In this document: piece by piece, positions 30,401-39,732 of the stretch
Numbering within the stretch: the first letter of the stretch is position 1
How the letters are laid out: every line of letters begins with the position of its first letter
NCBI GenBank assembly: GCA_963742415.1
Contig: CAVULX010000003.1
Coordinates: 864,001-928,000, forward strand
Length of the DNA: 64,000 nt
Source: an uncultured Parachlamydiaceae bacterium
GTDB taxonomy: Bacteria > Chlamydiota > Chlamydiia > Chlamydiales > Parachlamydiaceae
Direction: 5' to 3'
The notes under the pieces: generated by a model
Told to the model about the DNA's origin: nothing
What the model saw: the letters and a program-made list of their open reading frames with translations, nothing else
The model's database searches: none
Position numbers and translations under genes: made by a program

Positions 30401-33400
30401 GGTGATAGGTAGAACAGCGGGTTCCATAGCCGGAAGTGATCCATTGCAAGAGTTGACGATGGGAAACAGTTCTGCGATAGATGACGCGGATCAAGGCGTC
30501 TAACGAGATTAAAGATTCATGAAGCAATAAAGACGCAGTCACCACGGCACGCAACAGGTCCATTTTCAACTCATCCCAGGACCATTGAATTTTCTGAAAG
30601 GGGAGCATACAAAACTTGTTTGCCAAGGATGAAATAAATGCTTTAAATAAAACTAACAGAGCTAACCCCGTATACAGATCAGAAAGTGGAGAAAAAAGCC
30701 ACCCGCAGATCAATAAAATTACCAGTGATACAGGGATTAGGGCCCGTCGTAAATTATCGAAAATTTTCCAACGATTGATCAAAGATAGGGGATTTTTTTC
30801 CTTTTTTCCTTTGTCTGTTTCGATGTAGGGAAACAGCCAGCCGGTGATTTGCCAGTCTCCCCGCATCCACCGATGCTGCCGGTTTGACCAGGATAAATAA
30901 TCTTCGGGATGGAGGTCATATAAACAGACATTGCTTGCAAACCCTACTCCTGCGTAGGCTCCTTCGAGAAGATCATGGCTAAGGATAAGTTCTTCGGGAA
31001 AACGGTTTGTTAAAATTTGGTGAAAGGCTTCCACATCATAAATGCCTTTGCCATGGTAGGTCCCTTCCTTCGTTAGATCTTGATATAGATTAGAAACGGC
31101 CTGCGTATAGGGATCGAGTGCGGAAGGATCGGAAAAAATTTGGGAAAATAAAGAAGCTTTGGTGTGTGAAAAATCGGTGCAAACTCTAGGTTGAATGATG
31201 GTATACCCTCGGAGGATGTTTCGTCTATCGGTTGAAAGATAGGGCTGGTTTAAGGGATGGGATAAAACTTCAATTAAGGCTCTGGCTTGGTTTTTGGGAA
31301 GTTGAGTGTCGGAGTCCAAGGTGATGACGTAACGGATCCCTTTTAGTGCATCTCCTTGCCCTGCGTAGAGAATATTTTCCGGCAGTGTTTCCCCCATCAA
31401 AAAGCGGTTTAAGCACTCCAATTTGCCCCGTTTTCTTTCCCAGCCTATCCAGGCATTTTCACTTGGAGACCAAATCCGCTGCCGGTTAAAAAGGAAAAAT
31501 TTATTATCTCCATATTTGCTCTTCAAGGCTTCTATTCCCTTCATAGCAACTTCAAGCAGAGGGGCATCCTCTTCCATCTGCTGCTGAGGGGAATCAACAT
31601 AATCGACAAATAGCCCAAAGAATAATTGGGGGGCTTCGTTGGCCAAATAACGGATTTCCAGCCGATCCAAGTCCTCTTGGATAGCTTCAGGAGAGGATAG
31701 CATCGTGGGCACAATCACTAAAGTTTGGCAGTCGGATGGAATTTCATCTTCATATGACATTTTAGGTAAAACTGTAGGGGGAAGAAGATGAGTTAAGAGC
31801 AGATCCATAAACTGGATGACCAATTCGCTCAGCGGCGACAGGGTAAGAATACCAAAAAAAATCGATTGGAGTGGACTAATTCCATAGGATAAAGAAAGAT
31901 AGAATATCCCTAACTCGAGGATCAAGATGAGAGTGGAAATCCCTCCCAAATAGACCAAAGAGGGATTAGAAGTGATTCCCCGCCGAATTCTTTCGGAAAA
32001 ATTGGGATTATATTTTACCTGAGTTTCTAGTTGAGGAAGGCCTGAGTCAATGAGATGATACCCGACATGCTTGCCTACGGTATTTCCACTCTCGCAAGCC
32101 ATGGCTAAAACACGTTCCGCAATTTCAATTTCTAAATATTGGGAGCGCTTAGCTAGATGTTCGATGACCTCTCGGTATTGGTTTCGGGTAGAAAAATCCA
32201 TTTTAGGATAAACATTCGCGGGGTCTTGATTTAAAATAGCATCAACTGGACTCACTTTTTCGAAAATCGTTGGCCAAGAAAGTTGCGATAATGCAATGAG
32301 ACTTATGATCGAATTGGAAAAAGCTACTTGCTCAGCGGTTTCATGCATTTGTTCTTGATGGATGATGTCATCTACGGGAATGGCAAAACGTTCTTCCAGC
32401 CACTTTCTCGCTAAGGAGAGGATAGCTTCTTCATCAAATAAATGGTCTAATAGTTCTTCTGCGAAATGGGAGGAGGGATTGGGAAATTCATTAGTTAAGT
32501 CAGCAAAAAAATCTTGTAAACGGCCAGGCTCGCGGCGTCCTACATGCAAAAAACGGTTGCCCCAAAAGCTTGCCAATTCCCCCTCTCGCATCCGGTTATC
32601 CACATTGATGGCGAGCGATTGCACCCATTCTACCAATCTAAGCCTCAGCAATAGTGGGAAGGCCCAAAGCTCCCCGATCGTGAGCGGTTGAACTGATTGA
32701 TAGCTTGTCAGAAACTCTGTTATATTGTCCCCACTAAGCCTTCCTGCGGTGTTATTGACCAACTCAACAGCAAGAGCATAAATGCGTGGCAATCCAGAAA
32801 AAGGGCCGCTTCCGATTTGGGGAAGCTCTTTATAATATTGTTTTGGAAGATTCCGCTGAACTTCTTCAATGCTTGCTTCAATGACATACATGTTGTCCAA
32901 CAGCCATTCTGCCGATAATGTGAGGGTTTGTTCGATATCTTCGCCTTCAGCAATGTCATGACGAAGGAATTGAAGGATCCGTTCACTTCTTTGAAGCTGC
33001 TTTAATAAGGGGTGGGGATGGCTGAAATTTAACGTTTCCTGTTTTATAGAATCTGCCAAATTGATGGCATGCTGCCGCAATTGTTCAATCGTGAGCGGCT
33101 CTTTGGGAAGTCCAAGATTTTTTTCCCCTTCAAAGATATCGGATCGAAGTAAAAATGAGACAGGATGTCCGCTTTCAACTTGGCGTAAAATCCTCAAAGC
33201 TTCTGCCGCTTTCCTCCCTTTAACCTGGACAATTACTAAGATTTCATCTACCACCACCAGATTTTTAAAACGCTCGACAATATCCTTGTCGATGACATTC
33301 AAGAAATACCAAGCAATCAGACTTCCAAGTCCTGCGATAATAAGGCCTATCAGAATTGAGCTCATGAAAAAATTTAGTTGGAGATGGATAAAGAGGGCAA

Positions 33401-33599
33401 AAAGAGGGATCATGAGAAGGGCAACAAGAGCTCCTATAATGATGTGCGTGGGGTAGAATCTTTTAACAACCTCCAGCCCTTCAGGCGTATGATGAATATA
33501 GGCAAAGCGTCTGAACCCACCCCGCTTTAGCTCTTTAAGAACTGCATTGGCAGTTGAAACATTTTGATAAAAGCCAAGACCGATATTCCACTTTCGCAT
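24489..33599 (-). CDS. ndvB: Cyclic beta-1,2-glucan synthase (Cgs/NdvB/ChvB; GT84 with a GH94 C-terminus)
   Basis: 3036 aa; EWLLDN, GWERKRGKL, TLDSDT, SHDLLEG, RWMRGDWQ, YDLLASEAR, QSSGAYGFRDQLQD, GDWNDGMN, RENGGQYTH. Confidence 0.95.
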   Translation of the reverse strand: MRKWNIGLGFYQNVSTANAVLKELKRGGFRRFAYIHHTPEGLEVVKRFYPTHIIIGALVALLMIPLFALFIHLQLNFFMSSILIGLIIAGLGSLIAWYFLNVIDKDIVERFKNLVVVDEILVIVQVKGRKAAEALRILRQVESGHPVSFLLRSDIFEGEKNLGLPKEPLTIEQLRQHAINLADSIKQETLNFSHPHPLLKQLQRSERILQFLRHDIAEGEDIEQTLTLSAEWLLDNMYVIEASIEEVQRNLPKQYYKELPQIGSGPFSGLPRIYALAVELVNNTAGRLSGDNITEFLTSYQSVQPLTIGELWAFPLLLRLRLVEWVQSLAINVDNRMREGELASFWGNRFLHVGRREPGRLQDFFADLTNEFPNPSSHFAEELLDHLFDEEAILSLARKWLEERFAIPVDDIIHQEQMHETAEQVAFSNSIISLIALSQLSWPTIFEKVSPVDAILNQDPANVYPKMDFSTRNQYREVIEHLAKRSQYLEIEIAERVLAMACESGNTVGKHVGYHLIDSGLPQLETQVKYNPNFSERIRRGITSNPSLVYLGGISTLILILELGIFYLSLSYGISPLQSIFFGILTLSPLSELVIQFMDLLLTHLLPPTVLPKMSYEDEIPSDCQTLVIVPTMLSSPEAIQEDLDRLEIRYLANEAPQLFFGLFVDYVDSPQQQMEEDAPLLEVAMKGIEALKSKYGDNKFFLFNRQRIWSPSENAWIGWERKRGKLECLNRFLMGETLPENILYAGQGDALKGIRYVITLDSDTQLPKNQARALIEVLSHPLNQPYLSTDRRNILRGYTIIQPRVCTDFSHTKASLFSQIFSDPSALDPYTQAVSNLYQDLTKEGTYHGKGIYDVEAFHQILTNRFPEELILSHDLLEGAYAGVGFASNVCLYDLHPEDYLSWSNRQHRWMRGDWQITGWLFPYIETDKGKKEKNPLSLINRWKIFDNLRRALIPVSLVILLICGWLFSPLSDLYTGLALLVLFKAFISSLANKFCMLPFQKIQWSWDELKMDLLRAVVTASLLLHESLISLDALIRVIYRRTVSHRQLLQWITSGYGTRCSTYHHQRFIYRMGLSSFFAIFTFAAVYYIDPPELIYAIPFCSLWIAAPFIVNFIDKPRDTRRDRDLTDQDRKFLRLIARKTWRYFDDFVGPQTHWFPPDNYQTALKIEIAQRTSPTNIGLWLLAVLSAYDLKYITCDAMIDKILATIEELKRLKKFEGHFLNWYNTETLDPLYPQYISTVDSGNLLASMLTLQQGIEEIISSPLLPMNSLEGVKDTYELLLNENISNPKIAKLHEVIERHPRDLITLVFTYMEALQLIEEIVDEETQGGLQSPYWLMHTEKQLNEWNTLISRYFSWVFILSEVSPENVHLLGENAAIWINEALSLHPSLQMLTNEELFSPMAKLIENSQRADMPAEVKEWGLKLKEAISTAQWFAGEKLGQAHQMMGDLQKLSDEMNMKFLYNPERKLFVIGYNVDERKLDSSHYDLLASEARIASLLAIAKEDLSIDHWWALGRSYIKLDGKRILLSWGGTMFEYLMPLLFNKCHKDSLLGEACNSIVICQMKYGQKRGIPWGISEAAFSAIDAHKTYQYRSFGIPGAGLKRGLEEDLVVSPYSSALALAVDPVKAIQNLKKLAEKPHFNMLGPYGYYESIDFTRQRNPRGERGVTVYTFMAHHQGMILASINNILNHDILPNRFHSDPYICGVDSLLYERIPSSLPIKVSRFHREITMTRLKPFSQNPIMGIAETPQSEIPKLNLLSNGTYSLMVTNAGGGYSRWRDMDVTRWRADTTRDADGAFFYIKDLQSQEIWSNAYHPTLKKGPQYSVSFKADKSEFRRKDNQIETVTEIVVSPEDNAEIRLITISNQSDKVRSLELTSYMELALAPHNTDRAHPCFNKFFIETEALTQLSGLLAFRRLRSADDAPVWAGHVLASSITPDEKVQHETDRTRFIGRGRTLQNPIALNGDLSNTTGTVLDPIFSLRQRFTLNPGERIQFSFVTALADQRSNVMVLMEKYKDFSASQRAIELAWTYAQLEMRHLRIHEEETQLFQKLASRILYPHEQLRPSADRLRSNRLGQSSLWAQGISGDLPIVAVSVGDIYDVDLVKQVLVAHAFWSLRGLSVDLIILNEEAPGYEHPLREQLQRMIQAYAHRGQIEIPGGVYLRNTEEISPADLTLILSAARAVLVAARGSLRQQLVSPMPSINYPKRLIVNRKAKEEPSKPLPFLELPYFNGLGGYSPDGKSYVIYLGPNTNTPAPWINVLANSQFGTIISETGLGSTWYGNSQTNRLTPWSNDPLINPIADTIYIRDEELGTFWTPTPSPIRELDAYRIHHGQGYTRFEHNSHGIEQDLLIFVPVDDNGGLPLRIQRLRLLNSSSHRRKLTVTAYSEWVLGTNREETQMHIITEWDPECQALFAYNHYHPDYSNCVAFTASTPLASSFSGDRKEFLGRNGSTNDPAALRRKSLSGHTGAASDPCSAIQVNVEIEPGESAEVVFIMGYSPDILEARKLVLQSRIEGKIDQLFSETQAWWDKILGAVQVEVPDLVMNFAMNRWLLYQNLSCRIWGRSAFYQSSGAYGFRDQLQDVLALIYTAPQIAREHILKAASRQFIEGDVQHWWHPPSGGGVRTRISDDLLWLPFATAHYVRVTGDTSILEETVPFLQAPTLTEDQHEVYLVPTISSEVGSLLEHCRRSIYKSLATGPHDLPLIGGGDWNDGMNRVGIKGKGESVWLAWFLIHVMNDFADLLAYAGQQESSQGFRTQAKRLAEAVEKGGWDGEWYRRAYFDDGTPLGSKSNTECMIDCIAQSWSVISGLGDPIRSSTALSSADKHLVLPKEGLVLLLTPPFNVAPMDPGYIKGYPPGVRENGGQYTHGSIWLAMAFARKGDGNKAVSLLKMMHPSSHTHTMEELTQYKIEPYVTAGDVYSLSSQLGRGGWSWYTGSTGWMYRIWLEEILGFKLKGNILKIDCTIPKEWDSFKIRYKYQSTFYDIIVSNPQHLNKGSACVTIDGTLYSTSEIPLIDDQKSHLVSIVLQNEIKT

Positions 33600-33884
33600 T
33601 GTGGGCCCCGCCTAGCAAGCCTATCGTTATATTATATTAAATTTTTACCGGATGCCTCACTATTTGTAAACAAGTGCTCCCATCGGTAGCAAAACTTAAA
33701 TATTTTTAAATCTAAATATCCTTTTTAAATATCCTTAATTTTTCTGTTGTATGAACAGCATAAACTATTTCAATATTTATTATTTTAAATAATTATTATT
33801 TTATTAATTATATTGCAATAAAAAAACAAGGTGTTTTATGTTTTTTAAATCGAATTATAAAAAGCTAAATTAGAAGGTTCTCTT

Positions 33885-35999
33885 ATGTCTAGCTCAACCA
33901 TAAATTCATATAATCCAATTAATCCATTTTATTTAATTAATCCAAATGCAACCAATGTTGATCCCAAACTTTTACCTGGAAAAGGGGTTCACACGCCTTA
34001 TTTTGAGGGGCGCCGCGTTGAAACTTATACTGATATTCTCGAAAATCTAACCCCACCTCAAAGAGAAGCCATTGAAATGAAATTAAATCATGTGGACCAA
34101 GGGAGATTAAAAGATGTCTGCGAGGCCTTAGCAAAAGGGGATATCACCGCTCCTATTACCCAGATGAAGAATTTTTCTTTCTATTGTTTACTTGCTTTAA
34201 GGGAACAACTAATCGATGGGCAAACCTATACGACAAGCCAGCTTTTTTTAAATGTATTGAACCGGCTTGAAGATAAAAGCAAGGCGGAAATCGTTTCCCT
34301 TTTTATTGGGGAAGCCATCAATCCCCGAGCATGGAATTTGATTCAAGAAACGCTTAAACCTTTTCCCGATACGCAGTATCAAAATGAAACAAAGAAGAGT
34401 AATGCCTATGATCCATGTCCTCGCATGACGCCGGAACAGCTTAAAACTTTTTTTGATTTGATGAGAAGGCTCCCGCCCCTAGAACGGCAATTTATCCTGA
34501 TTCCTGATCCTAATCCTATTGGGAAATTAAAAACTCCAACAAAAACGATTACTGTTAGAATTCAGTTGCTTTTTCATAGTTCTAATGCACTGTGCCGTGT
34601 TTCGGATAAGGAGGGGGAACCCAAAAGAATCAATCCTTCAAAAGGGATGTATCAAGCTCTGTTAATAGCAAAACATGAAGAATATGCCCCCACATTAATA
34701 ACGAATTATAACTTGGCTGACATTGTTGTGTTAAAGAATGGAATTCCTCGAAGAGAACGCCCCTTTTGTTTAGATCCCACTCCCGAAATGGAGTCCATTT
34801 TACCTCCAGTGCCGGAAGCAGATGGATTTCCTTGTGATATTCGCGTAAATGAAAGCGGGTATCATGATGGAGGATATCATGGAGATGTTTTCGGTGATAC
34901 GAAAGATGATCAAATGAGATATTATGCGGTTGGCCAAATTTGTGAAGATATAGCAAAAGAAATGTCTAGCCCAGAAGCGTCTGAATTGGCAAAAATGATA
35001 GCAGATAAAATTTACGATATGGATAATACTGCGTATAAAATATTTGGAAAAGTTAATTTACCTTTTTCTGATCGTGCAGCTCCTTTTTGGTATGTTATAA
35101 CGCGGCGTTTAAATGGAGACAAATTTACAAATGAAAGGGGGATGATAATCAACGAGATTTTTCATAAGCTTATCGAGCAGGCTGATCAATTCAAAGAAAA
35201 GTATGATTTAACATTGGAGAGTTTCATTCAAGTTAATTTTTCTAAATATGCACACATTGTCACTCAGGCTCAAGTTAGTACTAAAAATTTATTTCAAGGA
35301 GTAATTCTTCAAGCTGAGGCTGTTTCATCTTTAATAGAGAGAGTTGAAGGGAAAAAAATGGAGGAGCTGATTCAGTTAAGCAAGCATCCGACAAGCTACC
35401 TTCTTCGCACACAAGCTTTGAAGCAACTAAGAAAAAAGGTGGACCAGACAAACCGTGGAACGTTTATCAGCCTTTCTCAAAAATCTCCCGCAGCGTTTTC
35501 ATTAGCTGCAGAGATGTTTATGGATGATTTTCATAGGCTGCGCTTGACATACGAACAAAGAGCTCCTTCGCTTGTTAGAAATTTGCGTGAAAAAGTACAA
35601 TATCATCCGAAGTTTGAATATTATATTAAAACGGCTGTTATTAAAAAGGATTCAAAGTTATTTGATTTTCTTATGACCGGGGATGAATTTAGACAAAAAA
35701 CTGTAAATCGAGTTTTTGATGATGGAATGACTTTATTACAAACAGCTCTTTATAATAAAAGTTCTTACATGGTAAAGAAACTTTTAGATCTGGGAGCAAC
35801 CCCCTTTTCGATTGCAGGGCAGGTTTCCCATGCTCCTATAGAAATTGCAATCAAGTCAAGAAATCGAGCCTTGATTAATCTGATCAATGAAGCCATGAAA
35901 AAATCTCAGATTTCCTATATTCCTAAAGAAATTAAAATGACCACATTGGGCCGCGCTTTAATTGATAAAATTGAAGAACCCATGAAAAAATTATCCTAA
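33885..35999 (+). CDS. Effector-like paralog 1: HDxYH-type domain plus C-terminal ankyrin-like repeats
   Basis: Ser/Asn-rich N-terminus; domain shared with the next three ORFs; GMTLLQTAL....MVKKLLDLGA and APIEIAI ankyrin-like tail. Confidence 0.75.
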   Translation: MSSSTINSYNPINPFYLINPNATNVDPKLLPGKGVHTPYFEGRRVETYTDILENLTPPQREAIEMKLNHVDQGRLKDVCEALAKGDITAPITQMKNFSFYCLLALREQLIDGQTYTTSQLFLNVLNRLEDKSKAEIVSLFIGEAINPRAWNLIQETLKPFPDTQYQNETKKSNAYDPCPRMTPEQLKTFFDLMRRLPPLERQFILIPDPNPIGKLKTPTKTITVRIQLLFHSSNALCRVSDKEGEPKRINPSKGMYQALLIAKHEEYAPTLITNYNLADIVVLKNGIPRRERPFCLDPTPEMESILPPVPEADGFPCDIRVNESGYHDGGYHGDVFGDTKDDQMRYYAVGQICEDIAKEMSSPEASELAKMIADKIYDMDNTAYKIFGKVNLPFSDRAAPFWYVITRRLNGDKFTNERGMIINEIFHKLIEQADQFKEKYDLTLESFIQVNFSKYAHIVTQAQVSTKNLFQGVILQAEAVSSLIERVEGKKMEELIQLSKHPTSYLLRTQALKQLRKKVDQTNRGTFISLSQKSPAAFSLAAEMFMDDFHRLRLTYEQRAPSLVRNLREKVQYHPKFEYYIKTAVIKKDSKLFDFLMTGDEFRQKTVNRVFDDGMTLLQTALYNKSSYMVKKLLDLGATPFSIAGQVSHAPIEIAIKSRNRALINLINEAMKKSQISYIPKEIKMTTLGRALIDKIEEPMKKLS

Positions 36000-36010
36000 C
36001 TTAGATTAAC

Positions 36011-36045
36011 AAGAGTTGTCGGAATATTTGATTCCAGCAACTCTT
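36011..36045 (+). terminator. Hairpin downstream of paralog 1
   Basis: AAGAGTTG..GGAAT-ATTTG-ATTCC..CAACTCTT; weak U-tract. Confidence 0.5.
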
Positions 36046-36138
36046 ATATGAACTATTTATTGCTTTAAATAATTAATTACTTTACAATTTAATTTTTAAT
36101 CTAATTAAAAAATTATAATCTGTAAATGGTTTTTATTT

Positions 36139-37719
36139 ATGTCTAGTTTAACTATAAATTCAAATAATTCAATTAATCAATTTTATTTATTTAATCCAAG
36201 TACAACTGATATAGACCCCCAACTTTTACCTGGAAAGGGGGTTCATAAGCCTTATTTTAAGGGTCGCCGCGTTGAAACTTATACTGATATTCTCGAAAAT
36301 CTAACACCACCTCAAAGAGAAGCCATTGAAATGAAATTAAATCATTTGGATCAAGGGAGATTAAAAGATGTCTGCGAGATTTTAGCGAAAGGGGATATTT
36401 TGTCTCCTATTACTCAAATAAGGAATTTTTCTTTCTATTGTTTACTTGCATTAAGGGAACAACTGATCGATGGGCAAACCTATACGACAAGCCAGCTTTT
36501 TTTTAATGTATTGAACCGGCTTGAAGATAAAAGCAAGGCAGAAATCGTTCCCCTTTTTATTGGGGAAGCCATCAATCCCCGAGCATGGAATTTGATTCAA
36601 GAAACGCTTAAACCTTTTCCCCTTACGCAGTATCAAAACGAAATAGAGGAAGAAGATGAGAATGACCCTTATCCTCGTATGACTTTAGAGCAGTTAAACG
36701 ATTTTTTTGATTTGATGAGACCGCTTCCCCCCTTAGAACGGCAATTTATCTTGATTCCTGATCCTAATCCTGTCGGGGAACTAAAAACTCCAACAACTAC
36801 GGTTACAGTTAAAATTCATCTGATTTTTCATCGTCAGAATGCACTATGTTGTGTTTCCGATAAGGAGGGGGAACCCAAAAGAATGATTCCATCAAAAGGA
36901 ATTTATCAAGCTTTGTTAATAGCAAAACATGGAGAATATGCCCCCACATTAATAACAAATTATAACTTGGCTGCCATTGTTGCTTTAATGAATGGAATTC
37001 CTCGAAGAGAACGCCCTTTTTGTTTGGATCCCACTCCCGAAATGGAGTCCATTTTACCTCCAGTGCCAGAAGCAGATGGATATCCTTGTGATATTCGTGC
37101 CAATGAAAGCGGGTATCATGATGGAGTCTATCATGGAGATCTTTTTGGTGATGCCGAAAAGGATCAAATGAAATTGTATGCGTTCGGCCAAATTTGTGAA
37201 GATGTAGCAAGAGAAACTTCTAGTTTCGTGGTGTCTAAACACGCAATAATAACAGCGGAAAGTATTTACGATATGGAGCATTCTGGGTATAAAAGATTTG
37301 GAAAAGTTAATTTGCCTTTATCTGATCGAGCAGCTCCTTTTTGGCATTCTATTGCAGAGACTCTTCCAATTGGTGAAATAGAAAAAGAGAAATACGTAAT
37401 AGAAACTGAAATTTTTAATAAACTCATCGATCATGCCGATCATTTCAAAGAGAAGTATGATTTGACTTTGGAGAGTTTAATTCAGGTTAATTTTCATAAA
37501 TATAAAAATCCCGCTGACCCCTATGCTCCATTGAGTCCTAATGGATATTCAAAAACATCTGATTTAAAATCTTTGGCTGTTTCAACTTTAAGAAAGAGAT
37601 TTAAAGGAAAAAATTTGGAGGAGCTTGTTCAATTAAGCAAGCATCCTGGAAGTTATCTCATTCGCAAGAAAGCTTTGGAGCAACTAAGAAGACAGGAGAA
37701 ATTGTCCAATCTTGGATAG
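36139..37719 (+). CDS. Effector-like paralog 2 (no ankyrin tail)
   Basis: Highly similar to paralog 1, e.g. GRRVETYTDILENLTPPQREA and YHDGVYHG. Confidence 0.75.
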   Translation: MSSLTINSNNSINQFYLFNPSTTDIDPQLLPGKGVHKPYFKGRRVETYTDILENLTPPQREAIEMKLNHLDQGRLKDVCEILAKGDILSPITQIRNFSFYCLLALREQLIDGQTYTTSQLFFNVLNRLEDKSKAEIVPLFIGEAINPRAWNLIQETLKPFPLTQYQNEIEEEDENDPYPRMTLEQLNDFFDLMRPLPPLERQFILIPDPNPVGELKTPTTTVTVKIHLIFHRQNALCCVSDKEGEPKRMIPSKGIYQALLIAKHGEYAPTLITNYNLAAIVALMNGIPRRERPFCLDPTPEMESILPPVPEADGYPCDIRANESGYHDGVYHGDLFGDAEKDQMKLYAFGQICEDVARETSSFVVSKHAIITAESIYDMEHSGYKRFGKVNLPLSDRAAPFWHSIAETLPIGEIEKEKYVIETEIFNKLIDHADHFKEKYDLTLESLIQVNFHKYKNPADPYAPLSPNGYSKTSDLKSLAVSTLRKRFKGKNLEELVQLSKHPGSYLIRKKALEQLRRQEKLSNLG

Positions 37720-37920
37720 TTTAATAGTCTTTTCAAAACTCCTAAGCAGCTTATCATTAGTTTCTGTCTTTTGATTTTTATGAAAAACAATTATTTATAA
37801 ATAAGTTGTAATATTTAGTAGTTTTTATTAAATAATTAAATTTTATATTGAATTAAAAAACATAAATATTTATATTTTTATATACTTAATTTAAAAACTA
37901 TAACTCAAAGAGTTTTATTT

Positions 37921-39552
37921 ATGTCTAGTTTAACTACTATAAATTCAAATAATCAATTTAATTCATATTATTTAATTAATCAAGATGCTATTAATCTAGT
38001 TCACAAATTTTTACCTGTAAAAAGGGAGCAAAAGGTCTATTTTGAGGGGCGACGCGTTGAAACTTATAACGATATTACCGAAAATCTAACTCTAGATCAA
38101 AAACAAGCTCTTGAAGATAAATTAAATTCTTTGCCAGATCAAGAATCTGTCCTCAACAAGGTTTGCGAGGCCCTATCGGAAGGAGAAATCCAAGATTCGC
38201 CTATCGAAAATTTTTCGCTCTATTGTTTACTTGCTTTAAGAGAACAACTGATTGACGGTCTCACCTATTCAACCAGCCAGCTTTTTTTAAATGTGCTGAA
38301 TCGGCTTGTAGATAAAAACAAGGCAGAAGTCGTTCCCCTCTTTTATGACGACGACATCAATCGCCGAGCATGGAAATTGATTGAAGAAACTCTCAAACCT
38401 TTTCCCCGTACGCAATATCGAAACGAAATAATAAAAAGTAATGAATACGATCCATATCCTCGCATGACATCAGAACAGCTTACGATTTTTTTTGATTTGA
38501 TGAGAACGCTCCCAAGTCTCGAACAGCAATTTATTCTTATTCCTGATCCCAATCCTATTGGGAAAACAAAAACTCCAGTACGAACAGTCAGCTTTGAAAT
38601 AAATGACCTTATTCATAGACCAAATGTACTGTGCCGTGTTTCGGATAAAGAGGAGGAACCGAAGAGAATGATTCCATCAAAAGGGATTTTTCAAGCTTAC
38701 TTAATAGCTAAACATGGAAAATATGCCCCTACATTAATTTCAAGTTATGGTTTATCTCCCGTTAATGTTTTAAAGAATGGAATTCCTAAAAGAGAACGCC
38801 CCTTTTGTTTAGACCCAACTCCGGAGCTTGTGCAGCTGTTACCTTTAGTTCGAAAAGCAGATTTAGTTTTGTGCGATTTTCGCGTAAATGAATGCCCGTA
38901 CCATGATGTGTATCATGGAGATCTTTTTGGTGACGCCAGAGATGATCAAATGAAATTTTATGCGGTAGGCGAAATTTGTGAAGATTTAGCAAAAAAAAAT
39001 GCTGAAGTATTTGAATCTGCAAATACTATAGCTGAACAAATGTATGATATGCAGCATCTTGCTTATACAGAGTTTGGAAAAATAACTTTGCCTGCTTCCG
39101 ATCGCGCTGCTCCTTTTTGGCTATCTATAGTACGGTGGCTTCCAGAAAAAGATAGATATGCAAAAGATCAAATTATAACTGAGATTTTTAATAAGCTCAT
39201 CGATCAAAGTGATTCTTTTAAAGAAAAATATGATTTAACATTGGAGAGCTTAATTCAGGTTAATTATTCTAATTATTTTTGGAGCTTAACTTCCCACACT
39301 CCTTTGAATTTTACTTCCCACACTCCTTTGAATCATAGTGAACATGTAAATTCGACTAGGTTTCGTTCTTTGGCAATTTCAACTTTAGAAAATAGATTTA
39401 AAGGAAAAAAATTTGAGGAGCTTATTCAATTGAGCGAGCATCCTGCAAGTTATCTTCTTCGCCAGAAATCTTTGGAGGAACTAAGAAAACCGATGGACAA
39501 GACAAACTCTGGAACGTTTATTAGCCTTTCTCAAAAATCATCCTATAAATAA
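37921..39552 (+). CDS. Effector-like paralog 3
   Basis: YFEGRRVETY, YHDVYHGD, YDMQ; internal TSHTPLN duplication. Confidence 0.75.
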   Translation: MSSLTTINSNNQFNSYYLINQDAINLVHKFLPVKREQKVYFEGRRVETYNDITENLTLDQKQALEDKLNSLPDQESVLNKVCEALSEGEIQDSPIENFSLYCLLALREQLIDGLTYSTSQLFLNVLNRLVDKNKAEVVPLFYDDDINRRAWKLIEETLKPFPRTQYRNEIIKSNEYDPYPRMTSEQLTIFFDLMRTLPSLEQQFILIPDPNPIGKTKTPVRTVSFEINDLIHRPNVLCRVSDKEEEPKRMIPSKGIFQAYLIAKHGKYAPTLISSYGLSPVNVLKNGIPKRERPFCLDPTPELVQLLPLVRKADLVLCDFRVNECPYHDVYHGDLFGDARDDQMKFYAVGEICEDLAKKNAEVFESANTIAEQMYDMQHLAYTEFGKITLPASDRAAPFWLSIVRWLPEKDRYAKDQIITEIFNKLIDQSDSFKEKYDLTLESLIQVNYSNYFWSLTSHTPLNFTSHTPLNHSEHVNSTRFRSLAISTLENRFKGKKFEELIQLSEHPASYLLRQKSLEELRKPMDKTNSGTFISLSQKSSYK

Positions 39553-39700
39553 ACACTGAGCGACTTGTACAAAATCATCCTAAGTTTGAATATTATGTTA
39601 AAACGGCTATGATTAATGAGGATAAAAAACTTTTCCATTTTCTCAAGGTCGAGTTTATGATGACCGGATCCCTTTATTACAAACAGCTCTTATAAGAAAA
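39553..39700 (+). pseudogene. Eroded remnant of the ankyrin-region tail
   Basis: ATCATCCTAAGTTTGAATATTATGTTAAAACGGCT and TTATTACAAACAGCTCTT match paralog 1 at about 35602-35750. Confidence 0.7.
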
Positions 39701-39732
39701 GCACTAAAAATGAAGATGAGTTTATAAATTCA

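Noticed and set aside
39289..39333. In-frame duplication with a 24-bp period in paralog 3
   Set aside because: Only two copies; ordinary slippage in a variable region.
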